Shown piece after piece: positions 44,901 to 59,320 of a stretch of 64,000 bases of DNA (position 1 is the stretch's first letter; each line of letters opens with the position of its first letter). The stretch covers positions 2,108,001 to 2,172,000 of the forward strand of contig OZ024745.1 of NCBI GenBank assembly GCA_964016885.1, written 5' to 3'. The position numbers and the translations under genes are program-made. The DNA comes from Eledone cirrhosa. Its lineage: Eukaryota. The notes beneath the pieces were generated by a model that was given only the letters and a program-made list of their open reading frames with translations, made no database searches and was not told the DNA's origin.

Positions 44901-47900
44901 TTGACCTGCCTATATATAGAATATCCTATATATAAGATATTTGACCTGCCTATATATAGAATACCCTATATATAAGACATTTGACCAGCCTATCTAAGAA
45001 TATCCTATATATAAACATTTGACCTGCCTATATATAGAATATCCTATATATAAGACATTTGACCAGCCTATATATAGAATACCCTATATATAAGACATTT
45101 GACCTGCCTATATATAGAATATCCTATATATAAGATATTTGACCTGCCTATATATAGAATACCCTATATATAAGATATTTGACCTGCCTATATATAGAAT
45201 ATCCTATATATAAGACATTTGTCTTGCCTATATATAGAATATCCTATATATACGACATTTGACCTGCCTATATATAGAATATCCTATATATAAGATATTT
45301 GACCTGCCTATCTAGAGAATATCCTATATATAAGACATTTGACCTGCCTATATATAGAATATCCTATATATAAGACATTTGACCTCCCTATATATAGAAT
45401 ATCCTATATATAAGACATTTGTCCTGCCTATATATAGAATATCCTATATATACGACATTTGACCTGCCTATATATAGAATATCCTATATATAACATATTT
45501 GACCTGCCTATATATAGAATATCCTATATATAAGATATTTGACCTGCATATCTAGAGAATATCCTATATATAAGACGTTTGACCTGCCTATATATAGAAT
45601 ATCCTATATATAAGACATTTGACCTCCCTATATATAGAATATCCTATATATAAGACATTTGACCTGCCTATATATAGAATATCCTATATATAAGATATTT
45701 GACCTGCCTATATATAGAATACCCTATATATAAGATATTTGACCTGTCTATATATAGAATACCCTATATATAAGACATTTGACCAGCCTATATATAAGAT
45801 ATCCTATATATAAGACATTTGACCTCCCTATATATAAAATAACCTATGTATAAGACATTTGACCAGCCTATATATAAGATATCCTATATATAAGACATTT
45901 GACCAGCCTATATATAAAATATCCTATATATAAGACATATGACCAGCCTATATATAAAATAACCTATGTATAAGACATTTGACCAGCCTATATATAGAAT
46001 GTCCTATATATAAGACATTTGACCTGCCTATATATAGAATATCCTATATATAAGACATTTGACCAACCTATATATAGAATGTCCTATATATAAGACATTT
46101 GACCAGCCTATATATAAAATATCCTATATATAAGACATTTGACCAGCCTATATATAGAGTACCCTATATATAAGACATTTGACCAGCCTATATATAAAAT
46201 ATCCTATATATAAGACATTTGACCTGTCTATATATAGAATATCCTATATATAAGACATTTGACCTGCCTATATATAGAATATCCTACATATAAGACATTT
46301 GACCAGCCTATATATAGAATATCCTATATATAAGACATTTGACCAGCCTATATATAGAATATCCTATATATAAGACATTTGACCTCCCTATATATAGAAT
46401 ATCCTATATATAAAACATTTGACCTGCCTATATATAAAATATCCTATATATAAGACATTTGACCTCCCTATATATAAAATAACCTATGTATAAGACATTT
46501 GACCAGCCTATCTAAAGAATATCCTATATATAAACATTTGACATGCCTACATATAGAATATCCTATATATAAGACATTTGACCAGCCTATATATAGAATA
46601 CCCTATATACAAGACATTTGACCTGCCTATATATAGAATATCCTATATATAAGATATTTGACCTGCCTATATATAGAATACCCTATATATAAGACATTTG
46701 ACCAGCCTATCTAAAGAATATCCTATATATAAACATTTGACCTGCCTATATATAGAATATCCTATATATAAGACATTTGACCAGCCTATATATAGAATAC
46801 CCTATATATAAGACATTTGACCTCCCTATATATAGAATATCCTATATATAAGATATTTGACCTGCCTATATATAGAATACCCTATATATAAGATATTTGA
46901 CCTGCCTATATATAGAATACCCTATATATAAGACATTTGACCAGCCTATATATAGAATACCCTATATATAAGACATTTGACCTGCCTATATATAGAATAT
47001 CCTATATATAAGACATTTGACCTGCCTATATATAGAATATCCTACATATAAGACATTTGACCAGCCTATATATAGAATACCCTATATATAAGACATTTGA
47101 CCTGCCTATATATAGAATATCCTATATATACGACATTTGACCTGCCTATATATAGAATATCCTATATATAAGATATTTGACCTGCCTATATATAGAATAT
47201 CCTATATATAAGATATTTGACCTGCCTATCTAGAGAATATCCTATATATAAGACATTTGACCTGCCTATATATAGAATATCCTATATATAAGACATTTGA
47301 CCTCCCTATATATAGAATATCCTATATATAATACATTTGACCTGCCTATATATAGAATATCCTATATATGAGATATTTGACCTGCCTATATATAGAATAC
47401 CCTATATATAAGATATTTGACCTGCCTATATATAGAATACCCTATATAAGACATTTGACCAGCCTATCTAAAGAATATCCTATATATAAACATTTGACCT
47501 GCCTATATATAGAATATCCTATATATAAGACATTTGACCAGCCTATATATAGAATACCCTATATATAAGACATTTGACCTGCCTATATATAGAATATCCT
47601 ATATATAAGATATTTGACCTGCCTATATATAGAATACCCTATATATAAGATATTTGACCTGCCTATATATAGAATACCCTATATATAAGACATTTGACCA
47701 GCCTATCTAAAGAATATCCTATATATAAACATTTGACCTGCCTATATATAGAATATCCTATATATAAGACATTTGACCAGCCTATATATAGAATACCCTA
47801 TATATAAGACATTTGACCTGCCTATATATAGAATATCCTATATATAAGATATTTGACCTGCCTATATATAGAATACCCTATATATAAGACATTTGACCAG

Positions 47901-50900
47901 CCTATCTAAGAATATCCTATATATAAACATTTGACCTGCCTATATATAGAATATCCTATATATAAGACATTTGACCAGCCTATATATAGAATACCCTATA
48001 TATAAGACATTTGACCTGCCTATATATAGAATATCCTATATATAAGATATTTGACCTGCCTATATATAGAATACCCTATATATAAGATATTTGACCTGCC
48101 TATATATAGAATATCCTATATATAAGACATTTGTCTTGCCTATATATAGAATATCCTATATATACGACATTTGACCTGCCTATATATAGAATATCCTATA
48201 TATAAGATATTTGACCTGCCTATCTAGAGAATATCCTATATATAAGACATTTGACCTGCCTATATATAGAATATCCTATATATAAGACATTTGACCTCCC
48301 TATATATAGAATATCCTATATATAAGACATTTGTCCTGCCTATATATAGAATATCCTATATATACGACATTTGACCTGCCTATATATAGAATATCCTATA
48401 TATAACATATTTGACCTGCCTATATATAGAATATCCTATATATAAGATATTTGACCTGCATATCTAGAGAATATCCTATATATAAGACGTTTGACCTGCC
48501 TATATATAGAATATCCTATATATAAGACATTTGACCTCCCTATATATAGAATATCCTATATATAAGACATTTGACCTGCCTATATATAGAATATCCTATA
48601 TATAAGATATTTGACCTGCCTATATATAGAATACCCTATATATAAGATATTTGACCTGTCTATATATAGAATACCCTATATATAAGACATTTGACCAGCC
48701 TATATATAAGATATCCTATATATAAGACATTTGACCTCCCTATATATAAAATAACCTATGTATAAGACATTTGACCAGCCTATATATAAGATATCCTATA
48801 TATAAGACATTTGACCAGCCTATATATAAAATATCCTATATATAAGACATATGACCAGCCTATATATAAAATAACCTATGTATAAGACATTTGACCAGCC
48901 TATATATAGAATGTCCTATATATAAGACATTTGACCTGCCTATATATAGAATATCCTATATATAAGACATTTGACCAACCTATATATAGAATGTCCTATA
49001 TATAAGACATTTGACCAGCCTATATATAAAATATCCTATATATAAGACATTTGACCAGCCTATATATAGAGTACCCTATATATAAGACATTTGACCAGCC
49101 TATATATAAAATATCCTATATATAAGACATTTGACCTGTCTATATATAGAATATCCTATATATAAGACATTTGACCTGCCTATATATAGAATATCCTACA
49201 TATAAGACATTTGACCAGCCTATATATAGAATATCCTATATATAAGACATTTGACCAGCCTATATATAGAATATCCTATATATAAGACATTTGACCTCCC
49301 TATATATAGAATATCCTATATATAAAACATTTGACCTGCCTATATATAAAATATCCTATATATAAGACATTTGACCTCCCTATATATAAAATAACCTATG
49401 TATAAGACATTTGACCAGCCTATCTAAAGAATATCCTATATATAAACATTTGACATGCCTACATATAGAATATCCTATATATAAGACATTTGACCAGCCT
49501 ATATATAGAATACCCTATATACAAGACATTTGACCTGCCTATATATAGAATATCCTATATATAAGATATTTGACCTGCCTATATATAGAATACCCTATAT
49601 ATAAGACATTTGACCAGCCTATCTAAAGAATATCCTATATATAAACATTTGACCTGCCTATATATAGAATATCCTATATATAAGACATTTGACCAGCCTA
49701 TATATAGAATACCCTATATATAAGACATTTGACCTCCCTATATATAGAATATCCTATATATAAGATATTTGACCTGCCTATATATAGAATACCCTATATA
49801 TAAGATATTTGACCTGCCTATATATAGAATACCCTATATATAAGACATTTGACCAGCCTATATATAGAATACCCTATATATAAGACATTTGACCTGCCTA
49901 TATATAGAATATCCTATATATAAGACATTTGACCTGCCTATATATAGAATATCCTACATATAAGACATTTGACCAGCCTATATATAGAATACCCTATATA
50001 TAAGACATTTGACCTGCCTATATATAGAATATCCTATATATACGACATTTGACCTGCCTATATATAGAATATCCTATATATAAGATATTTGACCTGCCTA
50101 TATATAGAATATCCTATATATAAGATATTTGACCTGCCTATCTAGAGAATATCCTATATATAAGACATTTGACCTGCCTATATATAGAATATCCTATATA
50201 TAAGACATTTGACCTCCCTATATATAGAATATCCTATATATAATACATTTGACCTGCCTATATATAGAATATCCTATATATGAGATATTTGACCTGCCTA
50301 TATATAGAATACCCTATATATAAGATATTTGACCTGCCTATATATAGAATACCCTATATAAGACATTTGACCAGCCTATCTAAAGAATATCCTATATATA
50401 AACATTTGACCTGCCTATATATAGAATATCCTATATATAAGACATTTGACCAGCCTATATATAGAATACCCTATATATAAGACATTTGACCTGCCTATAT
50501 ATAGAATATCCTATATATAAGATATTTGACCTGCCTATATATAGAATACCCTATATATAAGACATTTGACCAGCCTATCTAAGAATATCCTACATATAAA
50601 CATTTGACCTGCCTATATATAGAATATCCTATATATAAGACATTTGACCAGCCTATATATAGAATACCCTACATATAAGACATTTGACCTGCCTATGTAT
50701 AGAATATCCTATATATAAGATATTTGACCTGCCTATATATAGAATACCCTATATATAAGATATTTGACCTGCCTATATATAGAATACCCTATATATAAGA
50801 CATTTGACCAGCCTATCTAAAGAATATCCTATATATAAACATTTGACCTGCCTATATATAGAATATCCTATATATAAGACATTTGACCAGCCTATATATA

Positions 50901-53900
50901 GAATACCCTATATATAAGACATTTGACCTGCCTATATATAGAATATCCTATATATAAGACATTTGACCTGCCTATATATAGAATATCCTACATATAAGAC
51001 ATTTGACCAGCCTATATATAGAATACCCTATATATAAGACATTTGACCTGCCTATATATAGAATATCCTATATATAAGACATTTGTCCTGCCTATATATA
51101 GAATATCCTATATATACGACATTTGACCTGCCTATATATAGAATATCCTATATATAAGATATTTGACCTGCCTATATATAGAATATCCTATATATAAGAT
51201 ATTTGACCTGCCTATCTAGAGAATATCCTATATATAAGACGTTTGACCTGCCTATATATAGAATATCCTATATATAAGACATTTGACCTCCCTATATATA
51301 GAATATCCTATATATAAGACATTTGACCTGCCTATATATAGAATATCCTATATATAAGATATTTGACCTGCCTATATATAGAATACCCTATATATAAGAT
51401 ATTTGACCTGCCTATATATATAGAATACCCTATATATAAGACATTTGACCAGCCTGTATATAAGATATCCTATATATAAGACATTTGACCTCCCTATATA
51501 TAAAATAACCTATGTATAAGACATTTGACCAGCCTATATATAAGATATCCTATATATAAGACATTTGACCAGCCTATATATAAAATATCCTATATATAAG
51601 ACATATGACCAGCCTATATATAAAATAACCTATGTATAAGACATTTGACCAGCCTATATATAGAATGTCCTATATATAAGACATTTGACCTGCCTATATA
51701 TAGAATATCCTATATATAAGACATTTGACCAGCCTATATATAGAATATCCTATATATAAGACATTTGACCAGCCTATATATAAAATATCCTATATATAAG
51801 ACATTTGACCTCCCTATATATAGAATATCCTATATATAAAACATTTGACCTGCCTATATATAAAATATCCTATATATAAGACATTTGACCTCCCTATATA
51901 TAAAATAACCTATGTATAAGACATTTGACCAGCCTATCTAAAGAATATCCTATATATAAACATTTGACATGCCTATATATAGAATATCCTATATATAAGA
52001 CATTTGACCAGCCTATATATAGAATACCCTATATACAAGACATTTGACCTGCCTATATATAGAATATCCTATATATAAGATATTTGACCTGCCTATATAT
52101 AGAATACCCTATATATAAGACATTTGACCAGCCTATCTAAAGAATATCCTATATATAAACATTTGACCTGCCTATATATAGAATATCCTATATATAAGAC
52201 ATTTGACCAGCCTATATATAGAATACCCTATATATAAGACATTTGACCTCCCTATATATAGAATATCCTATATATAAGATATTTGACCTGCCTATATATA
52301 GAATACCCTATATATAAGATATTTGACCTGCCTATATATAGAATACCCTATATATAAGACATTTGACCAGCCTATATATAGAATACCCTATATATAAGAC
52401 ATTTGACCTGCCTATATATAGAATATCCTATATATAAGACATTTGACCTGCCTATATATAGAATATCCTACATATAAGACATTTGACCAGCCTATATATA
52501 GAATACCCTATATATAAGACATTTGACCTGCCTATATATAGAATATCCTATATATACGACATTTGACCTGCCTATATATAGAATATCCTATATATAAGAT
52601 ATTTGACCTGCCTATATATAGAATATCCTATATATAAGATATTTGACCTGCCTATCTAGAGAATATCCTATATATAAGACATTTGACCTGCCTATATATA
52701 GAATATCCTATATATAAGACATTTGACCTCCCTATATATAGAATATCCTATATATAATACATTTGACCTGCCTATATATAGAATATCCTATATATAAGAT
52801 ATTTGACCTGCCTATATATAGAATACCCTATATAAGACATTTGACCAGCCTATCTAAAGAATATCCTATATATAAACATTTGACCTGCCTATATATAGAA
52901 TATCCTATATATAAGACATTTGACCAGCCTATATATAGAATACCCTATATATAAGACATTTGACCTGCCTATATATAGAATATCCTATATATAAGATATT
53001 TGACCTGCCTATATATAGAATACCCTATATATAAGACATTTGACCAGCCTATCTAAGAATATCCTACATATAAACATTTGACCTGCCTATATATAGAATA
53101 TCCTATATATAAGACATTTGACCAGCCTATATATAGAATACCCTACATATAAGACATTTGACCTGCCTATGTATAGAATATCCTATATATAAGATATTTG
53201 ACCTGCCTATATATAGAATACCCTATATATAAGATATTTGACCTGCCTATATATAGAATACCCTATATATAAGACATTTGACCAGCCTATCTAAAGAATA
53301 TCCTATATATAAACATTTGACCTGCCTATATATAGAATATCCTATATATAAGACATTTGACCAGCCTATATATAGAATACCCTATATATAAGACATTTGA
53401 CCTGCCTATATATAGAATATCCTATATATAAGACATTTGACCTGCCTATATATAGAATATCCTACATATAAGACATTTGACCAGCCTATATATAGAATAC
53501 CCTATATATAAGACATTTGACCTGCCTATATATAGAATATCCTATATATAAGACATTTGTCCTGCCTATATATAGAATATCCTATATATACGACATTTGA
53601 CCTGCCTATATATAGAATATCCTATATATAAGATATTTGACCTGCCTATATATAGAATATCCTATATATAAGATATTTGACCTGCCTATCTAGAGAATAT
53701 CCTATATATAAGACGTTTGACCTGCCTATATATAGAATATCCTATATATAAGACATTTGACCTCCCTATATATAGAATATCCTATATATAAGACATTTGA
53801 CCTGCCTATATATAGAATATCCTATATATAAGATATTTGACCTGCCTATATATATAGAATACCCTATATATAAGACATTTGACCAGCCTGTATATAAGAT

Positions 53901-56900
53901 ATCCTATATATAAGACATTTGACCTCCCTATATATAAAATAACCTATGTATAAGACATTTGACCAGCCTATATATAAGATATCCTATATATAAGACATTT
54001 GACCAGCCTATATATAAAATATCCTATATATAAGACATATGACCAGCCTATATATAAAATAACCTATGTATAAGACATTTGACCAGCCTATATATAGAAT
54101 GTCCTATATATAAGACATTTGACCTGCCTATATATAGAATATCCTATATATAAGACATTTGACCAACCTATATATAGAATGTCCTATATATAAGACATTT
54201 GACCAGCCTATATATAAAATATCCTATATATAAGATATTTGACCAGCCTATATATAGAGTACCCTATATATAAGACATTTGACCAGCCTATATATAAAAT
54301 ATCCTATATATAAGACATTTGACCTGTCTATATAGAATATCCTATATATAAGACATTTGACCTGCCTATATATAGAATATCCTACATATAAGACATTTGA
54401 CCAGCCTATATATAGAATATCCTATATATAAGACATTTGACCAGCCTATATATAAAATATCCTATATATAAGACATTTGACCTCCCTATATATAGAATAT
54501 CCTATATATAAAACATTTGACCAGCCTATATATAAAATATCCTATATATAAGACATTTGACCTCCCTATATATAAAATAACCTATGTATAAGACATTTGA
54601 CCAGCCTATATAAAAGATATCCTATATATAAGACATTTGACCATCCTATATATAGAGTACCCTATATATAAGACATTTGACCAGCCTATATATAAAATAT
54701 CCTATATATAAGACATTTGACCTGTCTATATATAGAATATCCTATATATAAGACATTTGACCTGCCTATATATAGAATATCCTATATATAAGACATTTGA
54801 CCAACCTATATATAGAATGTCCTATATATAAGACATTTGACCAGCCTATATATAAAATATCCTATATATAAGACATTTGACCAGCCAATATATAGAGTAC
54901 CCTATATATAAGACATTTGACCAGCCTATATATAAAATATCCTATATATAAGACTATTTGACCTGCCTATATATAGAATATCCTATATATAAGATATTTG
55001 ACCTGCCTATCTAGAGAATATCCTATATATAAGACATTTGACCTGCCTATATATAGAATATCCTATATATAAGACATTTGACCTCCCTATATATAGAATA
55101 TCCTATATATAAGACATTTGACCTGCCTATATATAGAATATCCTCTATATAAGACATTTGACCTGCCTATATATAGAATATCCTACATATAAGTCATTTG
55201 ACCTACCTATATATAGAATATCCTATATATAAGACATTTGACCTGCCTATATATAGAATATCCTATATATACGACATTTGACCTGCCTATATATAGAATA
55301 TCCTATATATAAGACATTTGACCTGCCTATATTTAGAATATCCTATATATAAACATTTGAGCTGCCTATATATAGAATATCCTATATATAAGACATTTGA
55401 CCAGCCTATATATAGAATATCCTATATATAAGACATTTGACCAGCCTATATATAGAATACCCTATATATAAGATATCTGACCTGCCTATATATAGAATAT
55501 CCTATATATAAGACATTTGACCAGCCTATATATAGAATATCCTATATATAAGACATTTGACAAGCCTATATATAGAATACCCTATATATAAGACATTTGA
55601 CCTGCCTATATATAGAATATCCTATATATAAGACATTTGACCAGCCTATATATAGAATACCCTATATATAAGACATTTGACCTGCCTATATATAGAATAT
55701 CCTATATATAAGACATTTGACCTGACTATATATAGAATATCCTACATATAAGACATTTGACCAGCCTATATATAGAATACCCTATATATAAGACATTTGA
55801 CCTGCCTATATATAGAATATCCTATATATAAGACATTTGTCCTGCCTATATATAGAATATCCTATATATACGACATTTGACCTGCCTATATATAGAATAT
55901 CCTATATATAAGATATTTGACCAGCCTATATATAGAATATCCTATATATAAGATATTTGACCTGCCTATCTAGAGAATATCCTATATATAAGACATTTGA
56001 CCTGCCTATATATAGAATATCCTATATATAAGACATTTGACCAGCCTATATATAGAATATCCTATATATAAGATATTTGACCTGCCTATATATAGAATAC
56101 CCTATATATAAGATATTTGACCTGCCTATATATAGAATACCATATATATGAGACATTTGACCAGCCTATCTAAAGAATATCCTATATATAAACATTTGAC
56201 CTGCCTATATATAGAATACCCTATATATAAGACATTTGACCTGCCTATATATAGAATATCCTATATATAAGATATTTGACCTGCCTATATATAGAATACC
56301 CTATATATAAGACATTTGACCAGCCTATCTAAAGAATATCCTATATATAAACATTTGACCTGCCTATATATAGAATATCCTATATATAAGACATTTGACC
56401 AGCCTATATATAGAATACCCTATATATAAGACATTTGACCTGCCTATATATAGAATATCCTATATATAAGATATTTGACCTGCCTATATATAGAATACCC
56501 TATATATAAGACATTTGACCAGCCTATCTAAAGAATATCCTATATATAAACATTTGACCTGCCTATATATAGAATATCCTATATATAAGACATTTGACCA
56601 GCCTATATATAGAATACCCTATATATAAGACATTTGACCTGCCTATATATAGAATATCCTATATATAAGATATTTGACCTGCCTATATATAGAATACCCT
56701 ATATATAAGATATTTGACCTGCCTATATATAGAATACCCTATATATAAGACATTTGACCAGCCTATCTAAAGAATATCCTATATATAAACATTTGACCTG
56801 CCTATACATAGAATATCCTATATATAAGACATTTGACCAGCCTATATATAGAATACCCTATATATAAGACATTTGACCTGCCTATATATAGAATATCCTA

Positions 56901-58299
56901 TATATAAGATATTTGATCTGCCTATATATAGAATACCCTATATATAAGACATTTGACCAGCCTATCTAAAGAATATCCTATATATAAACATTTAACCTGC
57001 CTATATATAGAATATCCTATATATAAGACATTTGACCAGCCTATATATAGAATACCCTATATATAAGATATTTGACCTCCCTATATATAGAATATCCTAT
57101 ATATAAGATATTTGACCTGCCTATATATAGAATACCCTATATATAAGATATTTGACCTGCCTATATATAGAATACCCTATATATAAGACATTTGACCAGC
57201 CTATCTAAAGAATATCCTATATATAAACATTTGACCTGCCTATATATAGAATATCCTATATATAAGACATTTGACCAGCCTATATATAGAATACCCTATA
57301 TATAAGACATTTGACCTGCCTATATATAGAATATCCTATATATAAGACATTTGAGCTGCCTATATATAGAATATCCTACATATAAGACATTTGACCAGCC
57401 TATATATAGAATACCCTATATATAAGACATTTGACCTGCCTATATATAGAATATCCTATATATAAGACATTTGTCCTGCCTATATATAGAATATCCTATA
57501 TATACGACATTTGACCTGCCTATATATAGAATATCCTATATATAAGATATTTGACCTGCCTATATATAGAATATCCTATATATAAGATATTTGACCTGCC
57601 TATCTAGAGAATATCCTATATATAAGACATTTGACCTGCCTATATATAGAATATCCTATATATAAGACATTTGACCTCCCTATATATAGAATATCCTATA
57701 TATAAGACATTTGACCTGCCTATATATAGAATATCCTATATATAAGATATTTGACCTGCCTATATATAGAATACCCTATATATAAGATATTTGACCAGCC
57801 TATATATAGAATACCCTATATATAAGACATTTGACCAGCCTATCTAAAGAATATCCTATATATAAACATTTGACCTGCCTATATATAGAATATCCTATAT
57901 ATAAGACATTTGACCAGCCTATATATAGAATACCCTATATATAAGACATTTGACCTGCCTATATATAGAATATCCTATATATAAGATATTTGACCTGCCT
58001 ATATATAGAATACCCTATATATAAGATATTTGACCAGCCTATATATAGAATACCCTATATATAAGACATTTGACCAGCCTATCTAAAGAATATCCTATAT
58101 ATAAACATTTGACCTGCCTATATATAGAATATCCTATATATAAGACATTTGACCAGCCTATATATAGAATACCCTATATATAAGACATTTGACCTGCCTA
58201 TATATAGAATATCCTATATATAAGATATTTGACCTGCCTATATATAGAATACCCTATATATAAGACATTTGACCAGCCTATCTATCGAATATCCTATGT
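5926..58299. repeat. 40-bp satellite array, ~52.4 kb, ~1,310 head-to-tail monomers
   Basis: Consensus CCTATATATAGAATATCCTATATATAAGACATTTGACC(T/A)G, made of two CCTATATATA-headed subunits of 16 and 24 bp. Single orientation, rare 1-2 bp indels, no inserted foreign sequence seen, and both junctions with unique DNA visible. Confidence 0.99.
5952..5997. other. 46-bp near-perfect palindrome at the left satellite junction
   Basis: GTCAAATGTCTTATATATAG (5952-5971) is the exact reverse complement of CTATATATAAGACATTTGAC (5978-5997). The spacer is AATATC. Confidence 0.95.
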
Positions 58300-58633
58300 G
58301 TTAAATATCTCAGGTCTTCATTAATCGTCTCCACGCCCGTTTATTAATTTGTTTGTGACCCCCCCCCCCCGGCCGGTTTTTATTCCACACCACCCACCAC
58401 ACACTTGTTAAATTTTACTAATCTATCTCCGGCGAAATTTTATTGTAAGCGATTCGAATTGATACAGCAGCTGAAGAATCTAATAAATTTATTTTACATT
58501 TAAAAAACATTATATATGACAAAAGAAGAACATTAGAACAAATCCCTTATTTAAGAACGTACGCTATACAATTACTGATCCCCGCCGCCATTATTGCTAC
58601 CCCTCCTATTATTTGGGACCCGAGAGTGCCACG

Positions 58634-59130
58634 AAACTCTCCTCCTATCACACAAAACTCTCTTTTAATCCCCCTCTCTGTATCTATTAAAACCAAACTT
58701 TACCCCCTCTATATCTACCTATATCTCTCTCTATATCACCGCCTCTCTTATCCCACTCTCTATATCTATGACTAATACACTCTCGCACTCTCTATAAATA
58801 TCTACACTTATCTCTCCCAATCCTTCTCTGTATAACAATCACCCCTAAACTCTCCTCCTCTCTATATCTACTACACAACACTCTCCCATTATCCCTCTGT
58901 GTATATCTACAATCACCAAATTCTCTCCCTCTCTATACCTACTATACGGAACTCTCTTCCAAACCCCCTCTCTAAATAAATTAACGCCAAACTCTCCCCC
59001 TCTGTACCCCTACTACATGTAACTCTCTTACAATCTCCCTCTCTCTATATCAATAAACATCGATCTCTCCCCCTCTCTATATCTAACATACAACACACTC
59101 TCCCAACCCCCTCCTCTATATCAATTACCA
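58634..59130. repeat. Degenerate, G-depleted ~30-35-bp repeat (AACTCTCCC..CTCTCTATATCTAC..)
   Basis: Recurring ACTCTC(C/T) and CTCT(C/G)TATATCTA motifs at roughly 30-35 bp spacing over ~500 bp, with almost no G on the + strand. Confidence 0.7.
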
Positions 59131-59320
59131 CTTGATATAGACGTGATTTACTTTGCTCCGGATTTTTACGGATTGTTGTCAAAAAAACTGTGAGTTTATT
59201 GATCAATTTAATAACATTGTTTGGTTTAACCCCTTGCCTTGGCCGTCAGACGTTAAGTCAACAAATTTTCGTCCCTTTCTGGGGCGAAATTTTCATCTAA
59301 AAACTGTAGACTTGGTGGCA

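Noticed and set aside
47368-52954. Three short YIEYPIYK-type ORFs in the satellite
   Set aside because: They are chance stop-free stretches created by small indels and copied by block duplication.
5926-58299. CRISPR-like or information-encoding array
   Set aside because: There are no unique spacers or cas genes, the context is eukaryotic, and the variant patterns are explained by nested duplication.
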